Assembly (NCBI GenBank): GCA_951406725.2
Contig: OX597839.1
Location: 9,424,001-9,488,000 of the forward strand
DNA from: Octopus vulgaris
Lineage: Eukaryota
Direction: 5' to 3'
Length of the DNA stretch: 64,000 bases
Below the pieces are notes generated by a model that had not been told where the DNA came from, did no database searches, and saw nothing but the letters and a program-made list of their open reading frames with translations. Positions 1 through 12,449 of this stretch are shown piece after piece. A program made the position numbers and the translations under genes. The stretch's first letter is position 1, and each line of letters starts with the position of its first letter.

Positions 1-128
1 CAAACAGGTTGGTGCATTATGAGATCAGTTGCCTGATATAATAATGCTTGATGTGGGCAGTGATAGTAACAGATATTCCAGAGCATTGCCTTTAATATAA
101 GTATACCTAGGATATATATATATATATA

Positions 129-294
129 TCATCATCATCATCATTTAATGTCTGTTTTCCATGCTAGCATGGGTTGAATGGTTTTGAGAAAAGCTATGCC
201 TGTATGTATGGATGACTGCAATTTTACTCAGCTTGACGCATCTTCTCAAATACAGCGAATTACAACTCCTACTCCCTTGTCATTTCCTCAATGA

Positions 295-296
<2 letters not shown>
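129..296 (-). mobile_element. 3' end of RTE-clade LINE (ORF end, 3'UTR and (GAT)n tail)
   Basis: Reverse complement of the tail ...CAACCCATGCTAGCATGGAAA..GAC.TTAAA.GATGATGATG seen at many sites in the window; includes a degenerate 'AVLEK.RQA' ORF end also seen at ~53380-53405. Confidence 0.6.
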
Positions 297-331
<35 letters not shown>

Positions 332-597
332 TGGTAAATATATGGCAGAAGAGGGTTAACACAGAGATATAGTCACGATAAGTGCTTGGATATAGTTATC
401 AATTAATGTTAATAATTAAATGAGAATATACTAGTTAATGTCACCATGTCAAGCTAATAGTAAACTAACATTATTCATCGTAGTTCCAGATATTGCCAAT
501 CTTGTAGAAGAGGAATATCCAACTCTTTCTCAGTGTACTGTAAGACCCCGCCAACTCACTTCTTATATTTAATAAGTGGCTATTTCTAGCTAGTGAA

Positions 598-872
598 GGA
601 ACATGGCTCAGTGGTTTAAGCGTCAGGCTCACAATCATGAGGTAGTGAGTTCAATTCTTGGATTGGGCTGTGCGTTCTGTTTTGGAGTAAAATACTATAT
701 TCCATGTTGCTCTGGTTCACTTAGCTGTAGAAATGAGTTGCGATGTCAGTGGTGCCAAGCTGTATCAGCCTTTGCCTTTCACTTGGATAACATTGGTGGC
801 ATAGAGAGAGGAGGCTGGTATGCATGGACAACTGCTCTCAAAACAACCTTGACCAGACTTGTGCCTTGAAGG
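598..872 (+). mobile_element. Old tRNA-derived CORE-type SINE (family F-like)
   Basis: Pol III box A TGGCTCAGTGG (605) and box B GAGTTCAATTC (647); head similar to the copies at 15998 and 31268. Confidence 0.7.
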
Positions 873-1480
873 AGAAAGTACCTAGTCAGTATATGGAAGA
901 TTTTGGGGATGTGAGGTTTGATAATATGGGAGAAGAGGGGCCATAACCATTACCAAATTTTTTCTAAGCTTTTTTCTACCTTCTCAGAAGGGCTGACTAG
1001 TATCCTCAGTTTCCTTCTTGTGTGGTTGGGTATGGAACTCCAGCCCAATATAAGTTTTATCTGGTAGTTGCATCTTCTGCTCTTGGTTTGCCTATCACCC
1101 TGGGAGTTGCTGTGAAACTGGGGTGGGTCTGCATGGTTCAGCTTATCGCTAGGGGGAGGTGGAGTCCTACTGATCTCACCTCTCAAGTGTTCCAGTCTCC
1201 CTTCCTTACCATTATATATTGTAGTGTCTGGAAGGGTCCCACTACACTTCTTGTTTTATCACTACTTCTACATTCCTTGAGAGCTCACTTAAGTTTAGTG
1301 TCTGTAATAAATTTAATCCTTTCACTATAACTGCTTCTACTGAGAGCCTCATCATAAGATATCAAGATTAAATACCCTAATTGCTATATTTCTAAGGCCT
1401 ACCTGGACATGAATTAATGCTGCCAACAACAACACCTGACACATAAGTTCTGTAACCTGAGTAGAGCCAGATGATGCTAT

Positions 1481-1714
1481 CTATTTCTTTATTACCCACA
1501 AGGGGCTAAACACAGAGGGGACAAGCAAGGACAGACAAACAGATTAAGTCGATTATATCGACCCCAGTGTGAAACTGGTACTCATTTAATCGACCCCGAA
1601 AGGATGAAAGGCAAAGTCGACCTCAGCGGAATTTGAACTCAGAACGTAACGGCAGACGAAATACTGCTAAACATTTCGCCCAGCGTGCTAACGATCTTGC
1701 CAGCTCACCGTCCT
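1481..1714 (-). mobile_element. SINE family A (GGCGGCGAGCTGGCAGAA...AAAGAAATAG, ~235 bp)
   Basis: tRNA-like head with GAGTTCAAATTCC box B; body GTCGACTTTGCCTTTCATCCTTTCGGGGTCGA; 15-bp TSD CCAGATGATGCTATC on both sides. Confidence 0.9.
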
Positions 1715-2614
1715 CCAGATGATGCTATCACTAAATCAAATTCATCTAACTTTGATCTTCTACACCAGTGTTCCCTCTGGAAAGAGATAGGTGTTTACAA
1801 ATGCACTGGTAAAGGCTGTGTCTGCTACATGAGAATAGTTCAACTCAAATACTATAATAATGTCAAGAAGGACAAATTTAGTATCTTGCTTCCACACAGC
1901 AACTACTATTGCTGTTTTTGTTATAGTTGTTATGATTACTACTACACCAACCCAAGGCCATACTATTTATCCTATAAATCCTCTTTTCTCTCAACAAATA
2001 CAGATGTGTATGGGTATATGTTTTTATGTTCAGTTTTCTCTCAGTTCATCTGTGCTCTCTCTCCATCATGCAACGTAGGAAAACTGAGGGGAGAGCATTT
2101 TGTTGCCAGCAAAGATTTTACACACACACACACACACACATTCAAACATAACATATAAGTTATATTTTCGAGGAAGTGGGGCAAGCAGGAACCTCATGAA
2201 TTTCCTCCTCTTCCATCTGACATCTCTCTCACTGTGTGTATTTGTGTGTGTGTGTGTGTGAGAGGGGGGCTTCTTGTCTGCAGTATGGTTAGGGAAAACA
2301 ATTATTATTAATCACTATATGCACAAAGCAATTAGTTTATTGTCAAGGACCAGACATTTGGCATTTTTCAAAATAGAATGGGAAGTTAGCTGGCACTGGT
2401 AATGCTTGAAGCAGCAACAACAAGATTGGGAACAACAATGATGACGACAATGACAACAACAATGATGGTGATGATGATGATAATGCTTTCTTATTAACCA
2501 CAAAAGGTTCACAAAAATATTGGGGGTGATACAGGACAATACAGGGTAGGATAACATAAAAGCATGTAAAAGTAAAATGACAGAAACAAAAACATGCAAA
2601 TAAGAAATAATTAC

Positions 2615-2680
2615 CCTTAAAAAAGGGAAAACTCTGAAGGCTATTCATAGAAACCCTACAAAAATCAGTCACCTTGGCCA
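2615..2680 (-). CDS. Candidate 66-nt coding exon (xAKVTDFCRVSMNSLQSFPFFK), host gene unidentified
   Basis: Acceptor ttgtattttctttAG, donor AAGG|GTAATT, open in phase 1-1. No homology check was possible. Confidence 0.25.
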
Positions 2681-2719
2681 CTAAAGAAAATACAATATCC
2701 CATCTGTCCCCTTATCTAC

Positions 2720-3200
2720 AGTCACATGTTTAGAGCAGGTCCTTCTCTCAGCCCACTCTCATCCACATATCAAAAAATTTAGCACTTCCCACTTCACACT
2801 CACTTTCCTTTTCAAGTGAAAACTGAAAAAGTTGATGAGGGCCCAACTAAAGGGGAAAGTATCTGTCTTCAGCCCTTTCAATCTCATCCACTACGCAATC
2901 TCTTTCAACAAAGCCACCAGGTAAAGGAATGCTGCCTGTCCTTCCCAGCCAAAAGAAAGCAGCTGGATGGTCTCCACAATGAACTCAGCTGACAGCCAGA
3001 TCTGCCTCACACCTAATAGCAGGTGTCCAACATAACTTCACAACTCAGCAGTGCTTGGACACCAGAAGGATATATGCAAAATGGTTTCATTGCTCTGTAA
3101 GCCTCTCAAACAGGCCTAGCTGGCAGCACTTACATGCCTGCAGAGTTCATCTCAAACCAGCAACGTCCCAATAATGTGAAGTTCTTAGAGTCAGGAAGCA
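2720..3200 (-). mobile_element. L1/Tx1-type LINE ORF2 C-terminal (zf-RVT) remnant
   Basis: Minus-strand translation ACLRGLQSNETILHISFWCPSTAEL*SYVGHL resembles the CxxC..ETxxH...CP..LW motif. Confidence 0.55.
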
Positions 3201-4154
3201 ACAATAGAAACAGAAAAATTTATACTGAAAGTTTTGCTTTGTTTTGTTTTGTTTTTCTTAACCAAAGTATTGTAGTGTGTCACGGTCAGAAATAATTTGA
3301 GTGGCTAAAGAAGGAGTGTTAAAGAAAGAAGCAGAGGGCTTAATTGTAGCTGGGCAGGATCAAGCAATCAGAACATGATAGATCTCAAACAACATAAATA
3401 AGGAAGACACCTCTCCTGAATGTAGAATAAAATGTGAAAGAACAGAGACAGTTGTGCATATAGTTTCTGAATGTAAACTGACAAACTCACCAAGCTTGCT
3501 TTGTGAGAAGGAGAATGTATGGACAATCTGCAGGAAGAGAAAGTAGACCTGTCAGAAGGGTGGACAGACTCATGTGTATCGATGACCATCCAACAGAGTG
3601 TATGTGAGGGTAGGTGTAGACTCTGAATTTTGGTTGGCAACAAACCTGGAGATGGTGTCACAATAAAGATACTGGTTATTGCACAGCTTTATAAATGCTA
3701 CCTCAAAACGAGTGAAAATGCCACTCGTAATCATAATAACTGTGTTAACGGAACCAGAATTGTTAATGATGAAGGCGTCATGCACAGCAGGCAAGGTGAG
3801 CCTGATCAAGCTCCAGCAGGTCATCATCAAGCCACTGATCAGGATCGAGTTGAAAGAGCAGTGGAAGAAAAATGAAATGAGAAAAAAGAAGTGAACAAGA
3901 TTGTGGTTGAATGTTGACTGAGAAGTGAACTGAATAAAAGAGGTTTCATGAAACAAATGAAGAGAATACAGAATGAAAAGGGAGTCTTTGAAGTCTCTGC
4001 CCATTGATTGATAGACTAGGCAAAGGCAATTTAAATAAATGATTAGATTACAAAATTAGAGAGTGAAGAAATTCTTCAGAGAAGAATAGAAAATGAACAG
4101 AAGAAATGTGAAACAACAAAGTTAGAAAGTGGTAATAAAGGGGTAACAAATCTT

Positions 4155-4718
4155 TTATCTTTTATCTTTTACTTGTTTCAGTCATTTAATTGTGGCCATG
4201 CTGGAGCACCACCTAGAAGGATTTTAGTCAAATAAATGAAACCCAACACTTTTTTTTTAAAGCTTAGTACTTATTCTATCAGTTTCTTTTGCTGAACTGC
4301 TAAGTTAGGGGTATGTAAACCTACCAACACCAGTTGTCAAGCAGTGATGGCGGGGAAACACAGATACAAAGACACACACATAGATATACACATAATGTGA
4401 CCGCGTGTGTACCGTTGGCGATTTTTTTTTTTCCTCCATCTTCCCTTCTCTGGATCTTTCCTTTTTCTATGTTTCTGACGAAGAGCTCCGCTCGAAACGT
4501 TAAACCCTCCTTCTTTCCTTCTTTCCTAAGCGTCCAATAATACTATATTTGTTCTACGTCTTCGCGTTGTTGTGTTTTCTCTTTGTGTTTTCATGTTTGG
4601 ATTAACTATATATATATCATATATACAAAGGGCTTCTTCCAGTTTCCATCTACCAAATCCACTCACAAGACTTTGGTCAGCCCAAGACTATAGTCGAAGA
4701 TTATGTGGTTGGGAAGCA
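4155..4718 (-). mobile_element. SINE family B copy with a Penelope-type hammerhead repeat inserted in its internal microsatellite
   Basis: Tail CTTTTACTTGTTTCAGTCA and 5' part CCAAATCCACTCACAAG match the other family B copies. Confidence 0.8.
4471..4505 (+). ncRNA. Minimal type I hammerhead ribozyme motif in a ~210-bp Penelope-type repeat (4395-4610)
   Basis: GTTT-CTGACGA-A-GAGC tcc GCTC-GAAAC-GTT-AAAC: helix I GTTT/AAAC, core CUGANGA and GAAA, helix II GAGC/GCTC, palindromic ACGT helix III. Confidence 0.75.
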
Positions 4719-5140
4719 ATGAAGAAAATGAAAAAGAAGGAAATCGTTATGTGCCTGAGAATGCTGATGAAGCAAATAGTGAAGATAATTTATCTGGACA
4801 AGTGACAATAAATGTTTAACAAGATTTGATCAATGAGAAGAAGGAGATTCTTAAAAAGTTGAGGTAAAATGTTTAGTGTGAACAATGAAATGCCACCCAC
4901 TATAAGGTTTATGGGCAGAGGAGATGTAAGAAGAGCCAAAGGCAAAGTGAAAGTTGTTTGAACCAAACCAGCTAATCATAGCCACTGCTAATGTTGTAGC
5001 TGACATCATAACATACAAGCAGAGAACCCGATGAAGAAATGAAGGGGAAGGAAAACAAAGAACTGAACAGGAAGAAGAGAATACAAATGAAGTTGGAAAA
5101 GAGACAAAATTCTGCTTTAAGTACCAGATATAACCCCTCA

Positions 5141-5581
5141 TAACTTTTTTTATTTTTGGAATTTTCGGACAATTTTGGCAAATTTGCATTCTACATACAG
5201 GAATTCATAAGATTTTGCAAAAACCAAGAAGAAAAAAAGGTTTTTCTCTGTGTGATTTAAGGGCTATTTAGCTGTCATTTTTAACATATCTCACAACCAC
5301 CTCATACCCTCCTCATTTCTTTATCACTCTGACGTATTGATGTTTTTCAATATCTTTCTACCAATAAACACATTTAATAGACTATTGCTGGGATTTAAGT
5401 AAAAAAAATCAGACCATCCATATTCTAAATTCTGATTTTCAAAAAAATTCAGAAAATTCAAAAACCAAGATTTTTTTTAAATTTAAAAACTTTTTTTTAA
5501 TTCTTTTTCATAATCATATAAATAATTGTAGAATAAAAATTCACAAAAATTTTCTGAAACTTCCAAAAATTAAAAAAGGTT
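5141..5581. mobile_element. Degenerate MITE-like element with ~55-bp imperfect inverted termini
   Basis: 5141-5195 is approximately the reverse complement of 5527-5581 (aactttttt..ttttggaa.tttc.ga.aatttt...ttctaca). Confidence 0.4.
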
Positions 5582-5867
5582 CAGTATCAGACAAACTTCA
5601 AAATTTGTTTTTGTATATTTGCTTTAAATATAGATCTGACCCAATAGACTTATGCATTGATTAAAATAACAGTTATTATAAATATATATTTGTATAATAA
5701 TTTTTATTTAGAATTGGTTGAGTATCAGTAAGAAGTACACAATGTTGATTTTTAGTGTTTTTCGACAATTTTCACAAAATTTATATTTTGGAAAATCTAT
5801 CATTATGTACTTTTTTAAAAAGGCATTTAATTATATATTTGTCATGTTTTGGGAATAGCTGTCTTAC

Positions 5868-5955
5868 ATAAATCAGTATTTCTTGGATTTTCTTTATAGC
5901 ATTTCTCCACATTTCATAAGCATCCCTCATTTCAAAATACTCACAAGTGGACTTT
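5868..5955 (-). CDS. Candidate 88-nt coding exon (KSTCEYFEMRDAYEMWRNAIKKIQEILIY), host gene unidentified
   Basis: Acceptor tatctttattttaAG, donor TAT|GTAAGA; only one frame is open; sequence is non-repetitive. Confidence 0.3.
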
Positions 5956-6129
5956 CTTAAAATAAAGATAATAGATATATTGTGCAACATACTTAAAACA
6001 ATTAAATTTCGCTCACAGTTAGATGAGTCCTCTTTGCTTCATCAAAGATTAGCAATTGGTTCAAGAGCTATTATTTATGAGACAGCTAAAAACAAATACA
6101 AAAAAGTCAGATTTCTTTGTGGAATGTAT

Positions 6130-6316
6130 TGCTAATTTATTCATACTGCTTGAATTGATCACATGTTATTTTGTAACTTTAAAATTTAAATGGTGTAGCT
6201 ATATATTTTTAAAATGAGATTGTAGGGTAGGTGTGAGAGGTTGGATCCAGTCAGTTTTAACATAAAACAGGTGGAATATTTGGGCCGGATATGGCCGGAT
6301 TAAATGCTAAAGGGAT
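6130..6316 (-). mobile_element. Partial piggyBac-type MITE (family P1)
   Basis: Reverse complement of the 11622-11842 element; ends CTAAAGGG. Confidence 0.7.
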
Positions 6317-6507
6317 AAGCGTTTCATTTTTGAGAAGTCGAATAAATGATACAAAGGAAAATTAGATATAACTAATCAGAAAATCACACAGACTGGAAAT
6401 CAATAGTGTAAGTATTATTTAGCAACTAGCAGAAAACTACCTGGAGGGTGGTCCTTCTACTAATTAATAATTAAAATTATTAATAATAATAATAATAATA
6501 ATAATAA

Positions 6508-6728
6508 TCCTTTCTATTAAAGGTAATAAGCTTGAAATTTGTGGGGAAGGGCTAAGTCTATTACATCGACCCCAGTGCTCAACTGGTACTTATTTTATCA
6601 ACCCCAAAAGGATGAGAGGTGAAGTCAACATTGGCGAAATTTGAGCTCAGAACATAAAGACAGACAAAATACCACTTAGTGTTTTGTCCAGTGTGCTAAC
6701 ATCTCTGCCAGCTCGCCACCTTGATGAC

Positions 6729-6769
<41 letters not shown>

Positions 6770-7014
6770 GGAGGAGGAGGAGGAGGAGGAGGAGGGAGGG
6801 AGGGAGGGTTTCAAATTTTGACACAAGGCCAGCAATTTCAGGGATAAATCAATTATATCAACCCCAGTACACAACTGGTACTTATTTCATCGAGCCCAAA
6901 AGGATGAAAGGCAAAGCTGACTCGGCAACATTCGAACACAGTATGTAAAGTTGAGAGAAATGCCGTTAAGCCATTTTTTCCGACACAGTAACGATTCTGC
7001 CAGCTCACTGCCTT
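6508..7014 (-). mobile_element. Two older SINE family A copies separated by (GAT)n(GAG)n
   Basis: 6508-6722 and 6810-7014 both carry GACCCCAGT..AACTGGTACTTATT..CCC.AAAGGATGA.AGG and the head. Confidence 0.8.
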
Positions 7015-7349
7015 CAATAATAATAATAATAATAATAATAATATCTTTATTTGGCACGTGGGCAATGAATGGGGAGACTTTACATAATAACTAAGTCACA
7101 AAACTGTGAGGCATTTTACAACTAGTGTGATAAAAAAAACAATTATACATAATTATGACATTGCCACCAAGCAACCAACAGACAAGCCATCCAGACAGCC
7201 TATAAACTACTATAGAACTACTATTTATAACACAAAGATATAGAGAGTGAGATGATGATGAGGATGATGATGACCAGTAATCTCCAACACTTCATAATGT
7301 GGAAACAGTTGCTTGCTTACACGCTGTTCTTTTGTGTATTTCACAGACT

Positions 7350-7730
7350 TACTGCTGCTACTGCTGGTCTAACTTCTACTGCTTGTACTACCAATGCTGC
7401 TATTAACACTGTAACTACTGCTGCTGCTAGTATTACTACCACTGCAACAACTAGTAGTGTATCTGCTATTACAATTGCTGCTATTATCACTGCATTTAGT
7501 AGTACCTGATGTTACTACTAATACTAAATAGTAACTACTACTACTACCACTCACACTCATACTATTACTGCTACAACCACCACTGTTACTACCACTTCAA
7601 CTACCAGCACCACCACCACCACCGCTACTACAATCACCACCATTACAATTACCATTCCTGTGACTACAATTGCAAGAACCAGTACTTCTACAACTATTAC
7701 TATTAACACTACAACTATAAGTAATACCAT

Positions 7731-7773
<43 letters not shown>

Positions 7774-7804
7774 AACTACTACTACTACTAGTACCACTAC
7801 TACA

Positions 7805-7856
<52 letters not shown>

Positions 7857-7890
7857 TTACAATTACTACTACTACAAATACCACAACAAC
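7350..7890. repeat. Degenerate to perfect (ACT)n/(ACC)n trinucleotide tract
   Basis: Direct reading; explains the poly-T/Y/H/V/S ORFs here. Confidence 0.9.
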
Positions 7891-8544
7891 TGTAATGAAA
7901 ATAATTTAGTAAAACAATGCAATTCCAACCAAGCAAGTACAAGATAGAAAGAAAAAGAATAGAATAAAACAAGACATGAAACAATTGGTTATAACATAAC
8001 ATCCACACAGACCGGTGATGATAATGTTTGTGGTTGTTGTTGTTGTTGTTACTATGTCAGCAATCAATAAGGAATATAATATATGGAAAACTATGACAAA
8101 GGTCAATTGATAAATAAATAATCATGAGGGAAAATAGTGGACACTTGGCAGCCTCTACATGGTCGAATTGACAGACTGGAAACAGCAGCCAAGCTACAAC
8201 TTACCATCATAGATCAGAGAGGACACATTGAAGAGTGTAGTCCTGGATACACTTCCCGGAAATAAGATGAGATGATAATCGTTGGAATGCTTTGATATGC
8301 TTAGTCAAAGCTGATCTGGGACTAAATACTGATGACGACCTCTTCATGGATCAACAAGGAAGCCCCTGTTATGATGGCAAGAAAAACAAAACCCTGCTAA
8401 TCTAAAAGAGGAGTGTAGAAAAATCGAAAGGGTTTAGAATGCCATTGATCATGGCTCTGCTCAATCAAGGTGGATTGGGGCTAAACAGCTATAATAACCT
8501 CTACATACTGCAGTAGAAACAAACTATCATCACAACCACAACCA

Positions 8545-9370
8545 CTAATATAGACTTCTTAGAAATCACACAAAACTTAGCTACCAATCTTTATAAACCA
8601 TATCAGAAACCAAATGAGAGGTTAACTTATATACACGCTTCTTGTCATTCACTTAGATTTCAAATATCTAGTCAAGAACCACAGTAGAATATCCAGCCTA
8701 TCATCAAATAAAAACATATTTGATAATGCAACACTATAAAAACACAGATTCAAAGAAAAGCTCACATAATACCAGAGAAGAACAAATCAAAAACAGGCAC
8801 TGCAATTTATGGTTTACACCCCCAACTCTCACTGACTTTTAAGTTACATACAGAAAAATTATTTTAGCATTAACAGATAAACATTTCCTCAGCAATATAT
8901 AAATAAAGAAATTCTTCAACAGACAAAGCCTCAAACCTAGTTACAGCCCAACCACAAACATGAAAAATCTTACAACCACACTCAAAGCCCCACTACAAAG
9001 ATAAAATAACCTGACCACAAAATATGTCCTGCAATGCACAGCAAGTAGAAACATATGAAACTAAACTCACATCTACCAGGCTTAACAGGAAAGAAGATAT
9101 TTTGGTAGGATGGAAAGCAAGTTCAAACAATATTACGAGCAAACTGCTTCATTCAAACATACTGAAAAGAAAAGCACTATAAAATTGTCAGGTTACATCT
9201 GGTGAATACTAGAAAGATGAAGACCATAATAAAGATAAATGATGCAGCATCAGCAATGAAGAAAAGCGTTTTATCCACTGGAGAATACAAAAATCTAAGA
9301 ACTACTTAAACAAGAGATCTGAAATTATCAAGAGATACAAACACTTCACAAAACACCTGTTATGCCAGTA
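8545..9370 (+). mobile_element. Penelope-like element remnant (RT thumb and GIY-YIG endonuclease)
   Basis: DFLEITQNLATNLYKPYQKPNERLTYIH; FNRQSLKPSYS; ASFKHTEKKSTIKLSGYIW; LNKRSEIIKRYKH. Confidence 0.75.
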
Positions 9371-10448
9371 GAGCTTAGATTTAACTACACTAATGCCTCC
9401 AGATCAGGAACATGCCATATCACAACAGCCACAGACCTACAAGTACATCTCACACTTTGAAACTTCCTATCAGGTGACTGCCTTTTTTTCTTTCTCCCCA
9501 CTATTACAATATTTCACTCCTGGTTCATTCATCTTCCCACAAGTCTATTTGCCCTCACCCCATCTCACATCCGTTTTATACATTAAGATATGTCCATGTA
9601 CACATACATCTGTGTGTTATATGAACCTGCTTGTCAATGTGTGTGGAGGAAGGTGGGGAAAATGTGTGCACATTTTATACATATATAGGTGTATATGTAT
9701 GTGTATATAGATGTGTGTGTGTGGTAAGGGAATAGGAATATATAATCCAGGTATTTATCTCATGAAGCACTTCTACAGATAGCTATCTGAAAACTGAAAA
9801 GTGGGATCTCTTAAGATGCCACTGCACCAATAATCTGAAAATCTGAAAGCATCAGTAAAGTATTTCTCTTTTATCTGTTTCAATCATTAAGACCGTGCAT
9901 TGCTGAGGCATTGAAGAATGGAGTTAGCAAATTGTTTATTGCTTAGTTTAAAAGTGTTTCGTTGATTTTCCACTATAAATGATCTTGCGTCATATTGTTA
10001 CCATGTTGACAGTTACTAATTTACTTCCAAGCACTCTGCAATTTTTCTTTCACAAGACATGACAGAATCAACTCCCAAGAGTGCCACAAAAAACAATATG
10101 CTGATTGATTTTGCAATTTTGCCAACTATATTCATTCAAGCGAAATATAGGAAGAAAGAGAGTAAACTAGATGAAGGAGGAACAGCAAGAATTTGACAAG
10201 AAAATTAGCCCCATATTATCCTGACAATTAGTTTCATCCAGCTGCATCAATTAGTTTGTATCCAGCCGTGCCATAAGTGGTTAGGTGACTGGGTTTGACA
10301 ATCTAGCATTTTGAGGCAGTCAGATACTTTAAGTCACCCTAATAGCAGATTAGGTGTCTAAACCTCAAAGTGCAAGTTTTTTTCTTATTGAATCTAACTT
10401 AGATAAATTCATCCAATAGAACAATTAATCATATTTATTTACACGCAC

Positions 10449-10618
10449 ATAAGATCTCATTTCTAATATAAGCCATGCTCTGATGGGTAAGGATGAACTA
10501 TAACACACATATGGGCCCCTGCATGCAGCTTTTCTGTAAAAGTTTGTGGGGATGAGATCCACAAGATACATGGTAAATGAAGCAAAGCAGGAAACGGAAG
10601 GGTCAACACCATACAATT
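10449..10618 (-). CDS. Candidate 170-nt exon (LYGVDPSVSCFASFTMYLVDLIPTNFYRKAACRGPYVCYSSSLPIRAWLILEMRSY)
   Basis: Acceptor caattcAG, donor TAT|GTGCGT, open frame; the acceptor is weak. Confidence 0.25.
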
Positions 10619-10811
10619 CTGAATTGTCTTTATGGAGAATAACAATCCAGATCTTTTACTGAACACCAGAACATTACCAGACACCTAACAAAACCCACAC
10701 ATTCAGAGACAACATGTTTTTCAAAACAGCCCCAATTTTACAGCTGTACTCAAGAAGATCAGTCCTTCACACCAGAAGTGTTAAGGTTGCATCTCTTGAT
10801 GAAGAGGATTG

Positions 10812-11075
10812 CCAGTGCCACATAATAAGCACTTGTGCCAGTGCCACATAAAAAGCACTTGTGTCATCACCACATGAATGCACTCGTGCCAGTGGCACAT
10901 TAAAAGCACTCAGCATCTACTGAAAGTGGTTGGACTTAGGAAGTGCATCCAGCTGTAGGAACCAAGTCAAATCAGACTGGAACCTGGTGCAGCCTCCCAG
11001 TTTCCTAGCTTTGGTCAAACCGTCAAATCCATACCAGCATGGAAAAGGGACATTAAAGGATGATGATGATGATGA
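10812..11075 (+). mobile_element. RTE 3'UTR/tail copy with four ~25-bp internal tandem units
   Basis: Units GTGCCAGTG(C/G)CACATAAAAAGCACT, then AGGAAG.GCATCCAGCT and a (GAT)n tail. Confidence 0.75.
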
Positions 11076-11259
11076 TGGTGGTGATGATGGTGATGTTAAT
11101 GTTGACGATGACGATGATGATGATGATGATGATGGTGATGATGATAACTGCTGCAATCTGCCAGGCAATTCATAGGGAGGGATTGAATGTACAACTACCA
11201 CACTCCGGATCCTCCGTGAGGTCGGTTTGAACTAAAAACGGGCCAACACAAAACAACAC

Positions 11260-11560
11260 CATTGCCAAACTGCCTGATCAACAATGAAAATATATGTCAA
11301 CAATCCTACATGGTGTGCAAAATCACATGTAGCAAATGCAGTGAATCCTACATTAGAAATACCATCATACACGCTCTCATAAAGGTTAAAGAACATTTTT
11401 ATGCTAATGTGTCTTCTGTGAAAAACAACCTGCAGAAATGCCACATCCAAGACATCTGGGTCTCTATTGAAGCCTCTGAATAAAATATTAGGAACTTAGA
11501 ATAAAAAGAAGCCACCTTAATTAGCTAGACTAACCCATATATTAACAACAGAACTAAGCT
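11260..11560 (+). mobile_element. Penelope GIY-YIG endonuclease remnant
   Basis: CQQSYMVCKITCSKCSESYIRNT...KVKEH...KEATLI...PYINNR matches the VVYxIxCxxCxxxYIGxT...RxxEH...EAxxI...PxxN pattern. Confidence 0.7.
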
Positions 11561-11621
11561 ATATACAGGTTGATCAACTATTATAGCAATACTATCCAAC
11601 TCATGCAATGCAACCCTTTAA

Positions 11622-11842
11622 CCCTTTAGCATTTAAACCGGCCATATCCGACCAAAAGTATTTTGCCTGTTTTATGTTCAAACTGCCCAGATCTGGTCTC
11701 TCACACCAACCCTACAATATCGTTTTAAAAATTAACAGCTACCTCATCAAAATCTCGTAGCTACAAGATAATGCATGATTAGTTCAAAACAGTGTGGATG
11801 AAAAAGGATTAATTTTGGTAGAATAATGTGAACACTAAAGGG
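11622..11842 (+). mobile_element. piggyBac-type MITE (family P1), intact
   Basis: TTAA|CCCTTTAG...CTAAAGGG|TTAA. Confidence 0.9.
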
Positions 11843-12070
11843 TTAAATACACACACACTTCAGAAAAGAGAAGTCTGCTCACAACACTATATTTCCAGAT
11901 ATTTCCTGAAATACTGAAATACAAAGTAAAAGTACAAAGCAACAACTTTTGTTATTTCTAATGCATTGTTTTTGCTTCAAAAAAATTAAAAACATTTATT
12001 TATATCTGATAATGTTTCATACAAACTATACTACACTGATATTATATAATTTATAAATGTTATATGAACA

Positions 12071-12237
12071 GGTGCAGGAGTGGCTGTGTGGTAAGTAGCT
12101 TGCTAACCAACCACATGGTTCCGGCTTCAGTCCCACTGCGTGACATCTTGGGCAAGTGTCTTCTGCTGTAGCCCTGAGCCGACCAATGCCTTGTGAGTGG
12201 ATTTGGTAGACGGAAACTGAAAGAAGCCCGTTGTATA

Positions 12238-12278
<41 letters not shown>

Positions 12279-12449
12279 TTGCGTGTCTGTCTTTGTCCCC
12301 CTAGCATTGCTTGATAACCGATGCTGGTGTGTTTATGTCTCCGTCACTTAGCAGTTCGGCAAAAAGAGACTGATAGAATAAGTACTGGGCTTACAAAGAA
12401 TAAGTCCCGGGGTCAAATGACTGAAACAAGTAAAAGAGTAAAAGAGTAT
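12071..12449 (+). mobile_element. SINE family B (tRNA head, CORE-like domain, internal (TA)n/(TG)n, (GTAAAAGA)n tail)
   Basis: Head GGAGTGGCTGTGTGGTAAG; CORE-like TG.CA.CTTGGGCAAGTGTCTT; tail TGACTGAAACAAGTAAAAGAG. Confidence 0.9.

Larger units (their letters stand above)
3296..5110 (+). mobile_element. R4/Dong-type (restriction-like endonuclease) non-LTR element remnants, interrupted at 4155-4718
   Basis: GVLKKEAEGLIVAGQDQAIRT* and SPECRIKCERTETVVHIVSECKL (CCHC knuckle) at 3313-3480; KEVNKIVVEC*LRSELNKRGFMKQMKRI at ~3885-3970. Confidence 0.65.
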
